From Candidatus Binatia bacterium (GTDB taxonomy: Bacteria > Desulfobacterota > Binatia > HRBIN30), in the NCBI GenBank assembly GCA_038245295.1, contig JBBRSP010000007.1, positions 155,185 to 219,184 on the forward strand: DNA of 64,000 nucleotides, read 5' to 3'. Within the stretch, counting starts at the first letter, position 1; the number at the start of each line of letters is the position of its first letter. A program made the position numbers and the translations under genes. Under the pieces are notes generated by a model. The model searched no databases, was not told the DNA's origin, and saw only the letters and a program-made list of their open reading frames with translations. Of this stretch, positions 1-8,582 are shown in pieces.

Positions 1-1108
1 TCCCGGCGACAATAAAGCGGTGGTCGCACGCGCCGCCGAGCTCGCCGAAGAAGCCGGCAGCGTCGGCATGCTGGCGAGCATTCGCACCTTCCAGGGAATG
101 ATGATGATGCGCGGCGACGCCGTTGCCTTTGCGCGCGGGCTGGCGCTCGCCGAGGACGGCTTGGCAATCGCGCAGAAGGCGGGCCTGCGCGACGTGGCGG
201 CGTTCCAGGCCCGCGGGGTTGCCTGGGCCTACACCCTCGATGCGCGCTTCGATATCGCCTTGCGCATGATTGATTGGGCGCTCGCCGAGATGGAGGAAAA
301 GGGTCCGGCGGCGCGCGCCACGGACATCTATTGCTCAGCCCGCTGGATGCGCGAACGCATTTGCTTTTATGCCGACAATTTCGAATCCCCCATCGCGGCG
401 TTCCCCAGTTGCTACGCGCTCGCCGAATCGATCGGCAACCGTACGATCCGCAGCGCCTCGTCGTCGGCGATGTCCCATCTCTGCTTGATTCAGGGCAAGT
501 ACGAAGAAGCCTTGGTACACGCAGAACGTAGCCTGGAGATTGCCTTGGCATTAGGCCACGCCGTCAGCGCCGCCACGCCGGCGGCGGTTTCGATCATCGC
601 CTCGCGCGAGATCGGCCGGCAGATTTCGACGCAACGGATGGTGGCGATCATGGAGAAATCGCAGGTGTCGGGTGCCGATGTCGCCCTCAATTCACCGATC
701 TGTGTCGAGGCACTGCTGGCCGTTGGCCTCATCGCCCAGGCCGAAGAGTGGGCGACGATGTCGGAGGTCTCAGGAGGAGGTGCGCTGCAACGCATGCACA
801 CGGCCCTGGCCGTCGCTGAAGTGGCCTGCGCCGGTGGCCGTGATGGTCTCAGCGAAGCCCACCGCGCCTTCGAGCGCGCCATCGAGCTGGCCGAAGCGGC
901 CAACGTGCGCAGCGTCATAGCGCAAGCGCGCCTGGGGCTTGCCAACATTGCCTTCCAGAGTGGCAATACACGCGGTGGCATCGATCAACGCAACCGCGCC
1001 GTTGCTATCGCCCGCGAACTCGGCCTCGAGCATCTCGTGCGTCGCGCTGCCCGGCTCGACGCCGAACGGCTCGAAGGCGAACCGGCGGCCAATGACCTGG
1101 CCATCTAA
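1..1108 (+). CDS. C-terminal fragment of a large helical-repeat (TPR-like) regulatory protein. The 5' end lies outside the window.
   Basis: The ORF runs to the window edge with no stop upstream of position 20. Composition is Ala/Leu-rich with amphipathic helix repeats, as in MalT/LuxR-type or adenylate-cyclase-associated TPR regions. Confidence 0.35.
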   Translation, partial: PGDNKAVVARAAELAEEAGSVGMLASIRTFQGMMMMRGDAVAFARGLALAEDGLAIAQKAGLRDVAAFQARGVAWAYTLDARFDIALRMIDWALAEMEEKGPAARATDIYCSARWMRERICFYADNFESPIAAFPSCYALAESIGNRTIRSASSSAMSHLCLIQGKYEEALVHAERSLEIALALGHAVSAATPAAVSIIASREIGRQISTQRMVAIMEKSQVSGADVALNSPICVEALLAVGLIAQAEEWATMSEVSGGGALQRMHTALAVAEVACAGGRDGLSEAHRAFERAIELAEAANVRSVIAQARLGLANIAFQSGNTRGGIDQRNRAVAIARELGLEHLVRRAARLDAERLEGEPAANDLAI

Positions 1109-1128
1109 GTAGGCCATCCGGCCCGTGG

Positions 1129-2130
1129 TCAAATGATCAACGCGGCCTTGCCGGTGACGCGACGGCCCAGCTGATCGTGCAGGGCGCGCGCCGCATCGGC
1201 GAGCGCATACTCGTGCGGGGCGATGGGCGACAGTTTGCGGTCGCCGATCTGCTGCAACACGTCGCGCAGCAGGGCACGGTTGGCGTCCGGGTCAGACATC
1301 GACCAGGCTCCCCAGTCAACACCGATCACCGATCGATTGCGCAGCAGGATGTGATTGAGCGGCAGACGTGGGATGGGTCCGGCGGCAAACCCGATCACCA
1401 GGAAGCGGCCCCCTGGAGCTAATACACGCAGGCCAACCTCCGAGAGATCACCACCGACGGGATCATACACAACGTCGATGGTTCCCAGCTGGCGAATTCG
1501 ATCCTTCAGATCGCCGGCCGTCGAGTCGATCACCGCATCCGCACCGGCGGCCGCGGCGGCGACGCGTTTCTCCTCTGAGGAAGCGGCGGCGATGACACGT
1601 GCTCCCAACATCTTGCCGACATCGACGGCGGCTAGCCCGACACCGCCGCCGGCCCCGAACACCAGCAGGGTTTCACCAGCGCCGAGGGCGATCCGGCGCG
1701 TCAAAGCGAACCACGCGGTGCAATAACTCTGCATACACGTGGCGGCGCGCGCGAAGTCGAGCTCGGCTGGAATCTTCATCGCTTGCTCGGGGAAGACGGC
1801 GATCTGCTCAGCGAATCCACCAAGCCCCGTCGTCGCCAAGACGCGATCACCGGCGGCAAACGCAGTCACACCGTCACCCACGGCGCTCACAACCCCGGCC
1901 ACTTCGCTGCCGGGCGTAAACGGCAACGGCGGTTTGATCTGGTACTTGCCCATGACAAACAATCCGTCCACGAAGTTGACGCCGGCTGCTTTGACGTTGA
2001 TGAGGATCTGCCCCGGCCGAGCTTCCAGCGCCGGTCGTTCTTCGATCTCGAGGAGATCCGGCGAACCGATCTCCGTGCAAACAACAGCGCGCATGGTGTC
2101 TCTCCTCCTGGCGCGGCTCGTCTCAGGCAA
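1129..2130 (-). CDS. NADPH:quinone oxidoreductase, zinc-binding alcohol dehydrogenase (MDR) superfamily
   Basis: 333 aa. N-terminus MRAVV..GSPDLLEIEE, a GroES-like fold, then a Rossmann GxGxxG motif (VFGAGGGVGLAAV). Typical Qor-like layout. Confidence 0.8.
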   Translation of the reverse strand: MPETSRARRRDTMRAVVCTEIGSPDLLEIEERPALEARPGQILINVKAAGVNFVDGLFVMGKYQIKPPLPFTPGSEVAGVVSAVGDGVTAFAAGDRVLATTGLGGFAEQIAVFPEQAMKIPAELDFARAATCMQSYCTAWFALTRRIALGAGETLLVFGAGGGVGLAAVDVGKMLGARVIAAASSEEKRVAAAAAGADAVIDSTAGDLKDRIRQLGTIDVVYDPVGGDLSEVGLRVLAPGGRFLVIGFAAGPIPRLPLNHILLRNRSVIGVDWGAWSMSDPDANRALLRDVLQQIGDRKLSPIAPHEYALADAARALHDQLGRRVTGKAALII

Positions 2131-2737
2131 GCAGCGGAATCAGCTCAGGGAGTCTGGTGACGCGGATGTCGCCCGGTCCGTGCTCGCCAAAGCCGACAAA
2201 ATGCATGCCCGCCGCCTGCGCCGCCTGTTGATCCGTCGGCGCGTCGCCGACATAGACGGCGCTGCCCGGCGCCACACCCATGGTCTGCAGACAGTGCAGC
2301 AGCATGTCGGGATGCGGTTTTGGGCGCGGCACGTCATTAATCCCGACGACGCATTCGAAGAGCGGCGCCAAACCAAACCGGCGCGCCACTTCGGCCGCGG
2401 TGAAACCTCGGTTAGTCGCCATGGCGAGGCGGTAGCGCGTTCGCAGCTGCGCCAGCGTCGCATGCAGATCGGCCATCGGCTGCATCATTAAGTAAAACGG
2501 CTCGTAGTCGGTGGCCAAGGCGACACGCCGGGCTTCGACGACGCGCTCCCTGTCATCACCAAACAAGCGTTCGAACAACTGCTGTGACGACAACTGGTGT
2601 CCGACACGCTCCAACTCCGCGGTCATCGGCGCGCAGCCGAGCGCGGCCAAGACAGCATTGTAATAGGCGACGTTGGCTGCGAGCGAGTCGAACAGCACCC
2701 CATCGCAATCGAAGATGACCGCCTCGACCTGTTTCAT
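2123..2737 (-). CDS. HAD-IA family hydrolase (phosphoglycolate-phosphatase-like)
   Basis: Begins MKQVEAVIFDCDGVLFDS (DxDG motif I) and carries a C-terminal GDxxxD motif (YVGDAPTDQQAA). The start ATG was confirmed as 'cat' at 2735-2737 and overlaps the upstream gene's stop (ATGA). The Arg-rich 5' extension of the 365-aa track ORF is rejected. Confidence 0.75.
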   Translation of the reverse strand: MKQVEAVIFDCDGVLFDSLAANVAYYNAVLAALGCAPMTAELERVGHQLSSQQLFERLFGDDRERVVEARRVALATDYEPFYLMMQPMADLHATLAQLRTRYRLAMATNRGFTAAEVARRFGLAPLFECVVGINDVPRPKPHPDMLLHCLQTMGVAPGSAVYVGDAPTDQQAAQAAGMHFVGFGEHGPGDIRVTRLPELIPLLA

Positions 2738-3276
2738 CGGCGTGTCGCTTGCGCAGTGCCCTTGTCGATCGGCGCGGGCGGCATCTGCAGTTGCCACAAG
2801 CTGCTGAGCTCGGGATACGTCACGGCAAACCAAAGACCCAGCGGACCGACGACAAACGCCACGAGGCCCGAGAACACACCGAGGGTATCCTTGAGAGTAT
2901 TCGGGTCGTTCATGATGACCGGATACAACAGGACAATCACGACATGGATCAGGAAGAAACCGAGCACGCCCAGACTGGTAGCAATCAGCATGCGGCGCGG
3001 CCGCAACCCTGGTGTGGCTACAATGAGCGCGACAAGCGGCATGAGCGCCATGGAGAGAGCGGTAAGCTGGATCTGCAGCGGCATCTCGATCCCGGCATGG
3101 CGAAAGACTTCCTTGTTCGGACCGTATTCCAGAAACCACCCATTGAGGTACGGGCTCACCACGGCGGCGCACGCCAAGACGGCATTGCGATAGGCGCCGG
3201 CGACATCGACGGCGTGCCACACACCCACCATGACGGCAAAACTTCCGAGGAACAGCAGAGCGAAACGTCCCTTCAT
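2734..3276 (-). CDS. Polytopic membrane protein (about 4 TM helices), translationally coupled to the exosortase-like gene
   Basis: Start MKGRFALLFLGSFAVMV confirmed. Four hydrophobic segments. There is a 4-nt overlap with the upstream ORF end at 3273 and with the HAD gene start. Confidence 0.5.
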   Translation of the reverse strand: MKGRFALLFLGSFAVMVGVWHAVDVAGAYRNAVLACAAVVSPYLNGWFLEYGPNKEVFRHAGIEMPLQIQLTALSMALMPLVALIVATPGLRPRRMLIATSLGVLGFFLIHVVIVLLYPVIMNDPNTLKDTLGVFSGLVAFVVGPLGLWFAVTYPELSSLWQLQMPPAPIDKGTAQATRR

Positions 3277-3755
3277 CGACGCGCCCACTCCACCCAGGTA
3301 ATCGAGTAGAGAGTCACCATCATCAGGAAGATTCCCTGCCACACATACTCGTGGAAGTAGACGAACATCGATGGGTAGTACTCCACGAGTCGTACAAGCG
3401 TGGCGATGCGCAGAATGTTCACCAACGTCAGAGCGACGATGCCGACGGCAATCCCGGCGAGCCGCATGCCCCAACGCGCCGGGTAGGCGACGATGAAACT
3501 GATGAGCACGAAGAAAACGAAAATGCCGGTGCACTCGTGGTTGATGTTCAGGCTCATGCCCTGAACGCTGATGTAGTTCCCGTCCACTATTTGCGCTGGG
3601 CTGCCGGTAAGGCGCGCCAACCACGTTGATGCGGCAGCGATGGATTCTTCGAGCAAACGGAGATGGTTCTGCAGGTCGACGACCACCGCGAAGACGCTGA
3701 AGCCCAGAAGGCATAAGAAGAAGACGGCAGCAAAGCGGCTGATCGAGCGATTCAT
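3273..3755 (-). CDS. Short exosortase/archaeosortase-family-like membrane protein
   Basis: 160 aa, multi-TM. Contains 'NINHECTGIFVF', resembling the exosortase ExCSG nucleophile motif. A downstream 'LVNILRIATL' resembles the conserved N-x-x-R motif of EpsH/XrtA-family proteins. Confidence 0.5.
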   Translation of the reverse strand: MNRSISRFAAVFFLCLLGFSVFAVVVDLQNHLRLLEESIAAASTWLARLTGSPAQIVDGNYISVQGMSLNINHECTGIFVFFVLISFIVAYPARWGMRLAGIAVGIVALTLVNILRIATLVRLVEYYPSMFVYFHEYVWQGIFLMMVTLYSITWVEWARR

Positions 3756-3919
3756 GAAGTGCCGAACCTAGTCGGTGTGGCAACCGGCGGCAAGCGATCA
3801 CCCGCGCCCGCGTACAAACGGTAGGGGTCTAAGCTACAACGTACAGGTGCGCTCCGAAGCGGATGTGAATCTGTTCCCGTCGCAGGGTCGGTAAACACGC
3901 AACAGGATCGTGTGTGAAC

Positions 3920-3950
3920 AAGGGGCGCGGATGGCAAATCCGCGCCCCTT
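3920..3950. promoter_or_regulatory. Perfect 12-bp-stem hairpin (AAGGGGCGCGGA-TGGCAAA-TCCGCGCCCCTT) about 20 nt upstream of the tauE start, in the divergent region shared with the exosortase-like gene
   Basis: Read directly from the sequence as an exact inverted repeat. The loop TGGCAAA resembles the recurrent CAAATGGC octamer family. Confidence 0.5.
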
Positions 3951-3969
3951 TGTGCTCTAGTCCGGCCCA

Positions 3970-4731
3970 ATGTCCGAAGCCCTGGCATGGTTTGGCTTCA
4001 CGCCCGTCGAGGCGTTGGCGGCGACGCTCGTCCTGTTCGTCGCGGCGCTCGTGCGGGGCTTCGGGGGCTTCGGTTTTTCGATGGTGGCCGTGACCGGGAT
4101 GTCGTTGTTCTACCCACCGGCGCACGTCATTCCGATGGTGTTGTTGCTGGAGGTCCTCGCCAGTGTGCACATGCTGCCGAGTACCTGGCGCCATATCGAC
4201 TGGCATTCCCTACGTTGGCTATTGATGGGTGCGCTGATCGCCACACCGCTGGGCGTGTGGGCCCTGGCAATCGCACCGCCCAACGCGATGCGCGCCGTAG
4301 TTTCGCTAGCCGTACTGGTCGGCGCGATCGCCCTGCGCAGCGGTTGGAAACCTCAGCGCGCCCCCAGCAACGGAGAGATTCTGGCCGCCGGTGCGTTATC
4401 CGGCCTTCTCAACGGCGCCGCTTCCATCGGCGGGCCGCCGGTAATTCTCTTCTACTTCTCGTCGCCGGCGGCAATCAGCGTGTCGCGAGCATCCTTAATC
4501 GCCTATTTCATGTTCAGCGACATCATCGCCCTGGGTTGGGGTAGCGTCTTCGGTCTACTCGACGGCAGCGCTGTCTCGAGAGCCTCGCTGCTCGCCATCC
4601 CGGTCGCCGCAGGTATCGCCCTCGGTCAGCACCGCTTCCGCGCAACGGAGGCCGATGCTTTCCGGCGCGCCGTCTTACTCATCCTGATCGTGCTCTCCGC
4701 GCTCGGCGTCGGGCGGGCCCTCCTCGGCTAA
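3970..4731 (+). CDS. Sulfite exporter TauE/SafE family membrane protein (DUF81)
   Basis: 253 aa with two repeated 4-TM halves carrying Gly-rich motifs (GFGGFGFSMVAV; GAASIGGPP). Confidence 0.8.
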   Translation: MSEALAWFGFTPVEALAATLVLFVAALVRGFGGFGFSMVAVTGMSLFYPPAHVIPMVLLLEVLASVHMLPSTWRHIDWHSLRWLLMGALIATPLGVWALAIAPPNAMRAVVSLAVLVGAIALRSGWKPQRAPSNGEILAAGALSGLLNGAASIGGPPVILFYFSSPAAISVSRASLIAYFMFSDIIALGWGSVFGLLDGSAVSRASLLAIPVAAGIALGQHRFRATEADAFRRAVLLILIVLSALGVGRALLG

Positions 4732-4746
4732 CAAAGCGGGCGTCGA

Positions 4747-5625
4747 TCAGGCAAGCTCGCCACGAGCGCTGAGAATCACGCGCCCACCAACCTCCACGGT
4801 AACAGCCCCGGCGTCGCGTCGCGCTTTGACGCGCAAGAGTGATGGACGGTTGATCTCGTAACCCTGCTCGACATTCACATCGACCACGTCTGTCTCGAGG
4901 TGTTCGAGGAGGTAGCGACCGAGGCAGGCATTGGCGCTGCCGGTGGCCGGATCTTCCGGAATGCCGAATACGTCGGCGAACAAGCGGGCATGTAGGTGAT
5001 TTTCTGCGGCAATGGCTTCGCGACAGAACAGGAAGATGCTCGGGTGAAACCCAAGATGCGCGACGCGATCGTAGGCAACGCGATCGAAGCGCGCTCGCCG
5101 CACCCCTTCGAGGTGACGCACCGGGATGAATGTGAAATTGACGCCGACCGACATCTCTTGCACGGGAAGATCGGAGTCGAGATCGACCGGCGCCAGCCCG
5201 ATGACCGGCGCCAGCGTGGCGCCATCGAGCACGCGTTGCAAACTAACGTCGGGGGAACGCAGCCACGCCAGATCCGCCCCGTCGGCGCGTGGCTTGAATG
5301 TTACCGGGACCCGGCCGATCTTCAGATCGAGATCAATCGTCGTCGCCTGCGATGCCAGCTCGCTACGGATGACCCACGCTGTTCCAAGTGTGGGATGGCC
5401 GGCAAAGGGCATCTCACCGGCGGGCGTAAAGATGCGCACGGCATACCCCTTGGGGCTCGGCTGCTTGGAAAGAACAAAAGTCGTCTCTGAGAAGTTGGTC
5501 TCGCGGGCGATGCGCTGCATCTCCTCGGTTCCGAGCCCTTCACAATCTAGAACGACGGCGAGCTGGTTACCGGCCCACTTCTCTTCCGCAAAGACATCGA
5601 CGATCACAAAGCGACGCATCTCCAA
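4747..5625 (-). CDS. PhzF-family phenazine-biosynthesis-like isomerase
   Basis: The N-terminus FVIVDVFAEEKWAGNQLAVV and the motifs ETTFV and FTPAGEMPFAGHPTLG are typical of the PhzF/DAP-epimerase-like fold. Confidence 0.8.
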   Translation of the reverse strand: MEMRRFVIVDVFAEEKWAGNQLAVVLDCEGLGTEEMQRIARETNFSETTFVLSKQPSPKGYAVRIFTPAGEMPFAGHPTLGTAWVIRSELASQATTIDLDLKIGRVPVTFKPRADGADLAWLRSPDVSLQRVLDGATLAPVIGLAPVDLDSDLPVQEMSVGVNFTFIPVRHLEGVRRARFDRVAYDRVAHLGFHPSIFLFCREAIAAENHLHARLFADVFGIPEDPATGSANACLGRYLLEHLETDVVDVNVEQGYEINRPSLLRVKARRDAGAVTVEVGGRVILSARGELA

Positions 5626-5730
5626 CCTCCTCGAAGATGCTGCAACGTGTCACGCCGTGGCGCCATCGGGAAGGTCCCAGGCAACGCAGCGTTGCTACAG
5701 ATGTGGAGCGGGACATGGGATTGTTTGGCA

Positions 5731-5775
5731 ATTTTGAAATGTGGCCATTTTCCATTTGGCTATTTCGTCTAGCGA
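5731..5775. repeat. Octamer tandem-repeat array (GCCATTTT/CCATTTGG units) upstream of phzF
   Basis: tttggcaattttgaaatgtggccattttccatttggctattt. Belongs to the same family as the arrays at 23852, 24021, 46136 and 59611. Confidence 0.5.
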
Positions 5776-7259
5776 ACCTGCACATCATATTGGCCGGAGA
5801 CCGACACCAGAGCTCGATAACCGCCTTCGACCGGCACGAGTGTCACCGCACCACCGCCGGTGACGACGGGTGTGCGTTCGCCGCGCGCTGGCACCCAGAG
5901 ATCGAGTGTACCGACGCCTTCGCCCTGGACGCGCATCGTAGCGGCGTCGCCGTCGCTTTCGAGCGACTTGATGTGTCCCGGCGCGGCACGCGGGAACGGG
6001 CGTGAGACGATGGCCGCCCACTCGGGAACCGGCTCAAGGTCGACGTCACCAGGGCAGCTCGAATACAAGAAATGAGTCAGGTGCGACGGCGGCGTCCCGC
6101 CGGTGGAGCCGATGCTGTGTGGATCGCCGCAGGCCTGTTTCCATTGCCACCAGGCACTGCTGATCAGCAGGCGATCCTCTTCGCGCGCGTAGCGGATCAG
6201 GCGCGCCTTGTTATTGCCGGCATCACCGAACCAGCCGTATTCACCGATCCACAGAGTCGTACCGTAGGTGGCGGCGTCCTCGCTCGCACGTGCGAACAGT
6301 TGCTCGATGGTCAGCGAATTCAGACCCGTGATCGATTCGGCGTAGTTGTGAGGCGCATAGACAATGTTGGTGTCATCGGTGAAGGATGGGTCGGGTGCCG
6401 TCCCCGTTACGGGGAAGAGGGCGATCGGCTCGAAGAAGACGATATGCGAAAAGCCACCGGCCTGACGTTCAGCGGTACGAATCGCGTTGATCGCATGCGC
6501 CGAGTACGAGGCCAGCTTCGGCGTGCTGCCGACCAACGCCGCGCCGAAGTGGGGTTCGTTCAGGAGATCATAGCCGGCCACGGCCGGCTCCTTGGCGAAG
6601 TGGGCCGCCACGAATGCCCAGGCATGAACCAGCTCTGTCTGGATACCATCCCGGTCATCGTAGAAACTGGCGAACGCCGTACTGACAGCAGGAGCAAGCT
6701 CCCGCACACCGGCCGAACGGCAGGTGCTACGGTTGTCGGTGATCGTCGCCCACTCCGGCGCGCCATCCCAACCGATCGCCGGCTCGCGACCCGCGGGACA
6801 GGTGGTACCCGGCGGCGAAGCGATATACTTGCCCCACGCGTCCTGGTGCATGTCGAGCACCACGTACACGCCCGCCGCCTTGGCCGTGGCCACGGCCCGA
6901 CGAACCCTTTCCATATACGCCTCGTCGAACTGTCCACGCTGCGGTTCGACCGACGACCAACTGAGAATCAGGCGCACCCCGTTCAGCCCGAACGAGGCCA
7001 TCCGCGGGAGGTCGCGGTCGTTGATCGGAATCACCTGGGGATAGGCCGGGTTGCCCTGGAAATAGTCGCCCAAGGAGTTGAGGTTCATCGAATGCAGCAG
7101 GACCTGGCGACCCTCGCTGTCGAAGATGCCGGGTGCCGCACCGCGCGTCGCATGCAGCGGCAGTAACTCCGGCAAGGCTGTCGAGGAACCCGACTCACCG
7201 TCGTCGCCGCAAGCGGCTAGAAGCAGCAAGAACACGAATAGCAATGAGCGAATGCGCAT
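5769..7259 (-). CDS. Glycoside hydrolase family 5 (cellulase/endoglycoceramidase-like) lipoprotein
   Basis: Signal peptide with a lipobox (MRIRSLLFVFLLLLAACG). The GH5 signatures VVLDMHQD, LLNEP (acid/base) and WIGEYG (nucleophile) are present. Confidence 0.75.
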   Translation of the reverse strand: MRIRSLLFVFLLLLAACGDDGESGSSTALPELLPLHATRGAAPGIFDSEGRQVLLHSMNLNSLGDYFQGNPAYPQVIPINDRDLPRMASFGLNGVRLILSWSSVEPQRGQFDEAYMERVRRAVATAKAAGVYVVLDMHQDAWGKYIASPPGTTCPAGREPAIGWDGAPEWATITDNRSTCRSAGVRELAPAVSTAFASFYDDRDGIQTELVHAWAFVAAHFAKEPAVAGYDLLNEPHFGAALVGSTPKLASYSAHAINAIRTAERQAGGFSHIVFFEPIALFPVTGTAPDPSFTDDTNIVYAPHNYAESITGLNSLTIEQLFARASEDAATYGTTLWIGEYGWFGDAGNNKARLIRYAREEDRLLISSAWWQWKQACGDPHSIGSTGGTPPSHLTHFLYSSCPGDVDLEPVPEWAAIVSRPFPRAAPGHIKSLESDGDAATMRVQGEGVGTLDLWVPARGERTPVVTGGGAVTLVPVEGGYRALVSVSGQYDVQVR

Positions 7260-7409
7260 GGGGCGATCGAAACACAGAGGACCGGATCGATCAATGCGCC
7301 GTCTTCCCGGCGAAGGCCGCAAGCCCGACGCCGAACCGGTGTCCTGAGCGGCTAGTGCAAGGCGGCGCCGCGTTGACTCACGAACGTCGCCCCACTAGCG
7401 TCGGCACCG

Positions 7410-8582
7410 ATGCCCCAAGACGATTTCATCACCCGCGAACTGGCGGCACAGGCTGCCGCCGGGCTCAGCCGGCGCATGCGGACGGTCGATGGGCCACAGG
7501 ACTCGTGGATCACGGTCGAAGGCAAACGGGCGTTGCTCCTGTGCTCCAACAACTACCTTGGCCTGGCCAACCATCCCGCTCTCATCGAAGCATCGCAACG
7601 CGCCGCCGCCGAATTCGGGGTCGGCTCCGGGGCTTCACGACTGATCTCCGGCTCGATGCGTTTGCATCATGATCTCGAGGAACGCCTGGCCGAGTTAAAA
7701 CGGTGCGAACGCGCCTTGCTCTTCACGTCGGGCTATCAGGCAAACATTGGTGTCATCGGCGCCCTGGTCGGCAACAGCGACGCGGTCTTCAGCGATGAGC
7801 TCAATCACGCCAGCTTGATCGACGGCTGTCGCTTGTCGCGCGCTCGGGTGCACATCTATCCGCACTGCGACACCGAGGCGCTGGCCGAGCAACTGCGAAC
7901 CAGCCAGGCACGTCGCAAACTGATCGTCACGGATTCGATCTTCAGCATGGATGGAGACACGGCCCCGTTGCGGAAAATTTGCACGCTCGCCGAGGAGCAT
8001 GACGCGATGGTGTTGGTCGACGAGGCACACGCCACGGGCTGCATCGGGCCACACGGCGCCGGCGTTGTCGCCGCCGAGGGATTGCAGGATCGGGTCACCG
8101 TTCAAATGAGCACGTTGGGCAAGGCGCTCGGCACCTTCGGCGCGTTTGTGGCGGCGCGGCGGCCGATCATTGAACTGTTGGTGAACAAGGCCCGCAGCTT
8201 TATCTTCACCACAGCACTGCCGCCGCCGATCGTGGCAGCCGCTCACGCCGGGCTCGATCTCGCCATTCGCGATGCGCCGCGGCGGCGACAGCTGGCCGAC
8301 AATGCAGCGTTTCTAACGCAGCAACTGCGCCAGAGCGGACTGCCGGTCGGCGAGGGAGCCTGTCACATCTTGCCCGTTCTGATCGGTGACTCGCGCCGCA
8401 CCATGCAGCTCTCGGAGGCACTGCTCGATTCAGGTGTCTTCGTGCAGGGTATTCGACCACCCACCGTGCCCAACGGCACAGCTCGCCTGCGTATCACCGT
8501 AATGGCGACACACACCACCGAAGACCTGCGCTTTGCCGTCAAAATGTTCCAGCGCGCCTTTGCCGCGGAGCAAGCGGCATGA
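7410..8582 (+). CDS. bioF: 8-amino-7-oxononanoate synthase
   Basis: 390 aa. PLP-dependent class II aminotransferase features and a KAPA synthase-like N-terminus. The 4-nt overlap with bioA indicates operon context. Confidence 0.85.
   Translation: MPQDDFITRELAAQAAAGLSRRMRTVDGPQDSWITVEGKRALLLCSNNYLGLANHPALIEASQRAAAEFGVGSGASRLISGSMRLHHDLEERLAELKRCERALLFTSGYQANIGVIGALVGNSDAVFSDELNHASLIDGCRLSRARVHIYPHCDTEALAEQLRTSQARRKLIVTDSIFSMDGDTAPLRKICTLAEEHDAMVLVDEAHATGCIGPHGAGVVAAEGLQDRVTVQMSTLGKALGTFGAFVAARRPIIELLVNKARSFIFTTALPPPIVAAAHAGLDLAIRDAPRRRQLADNAAFLTQQLRQSGLPVGEGACHILPVLIGDSRRTMQLSEALLDSGVFVQGIRPPTVPNGTARLRITVMATHTTEDLRFAVKMFQRAFAAEQAA

Noticed and set aside
2738-3220. 5' extension of the HAD ORF (365-aa track ORF) and the similar Arg-rich N-terminal extension of def (38052..38741)
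   Set aside because: The extensions are Arg/Cys-rich with no family similarity. They overlap better-supported genes in other frames (the membrane protein at 2734..3276; the divergent SDR promoter). The internal ATGs give full-length family-typical proteins.
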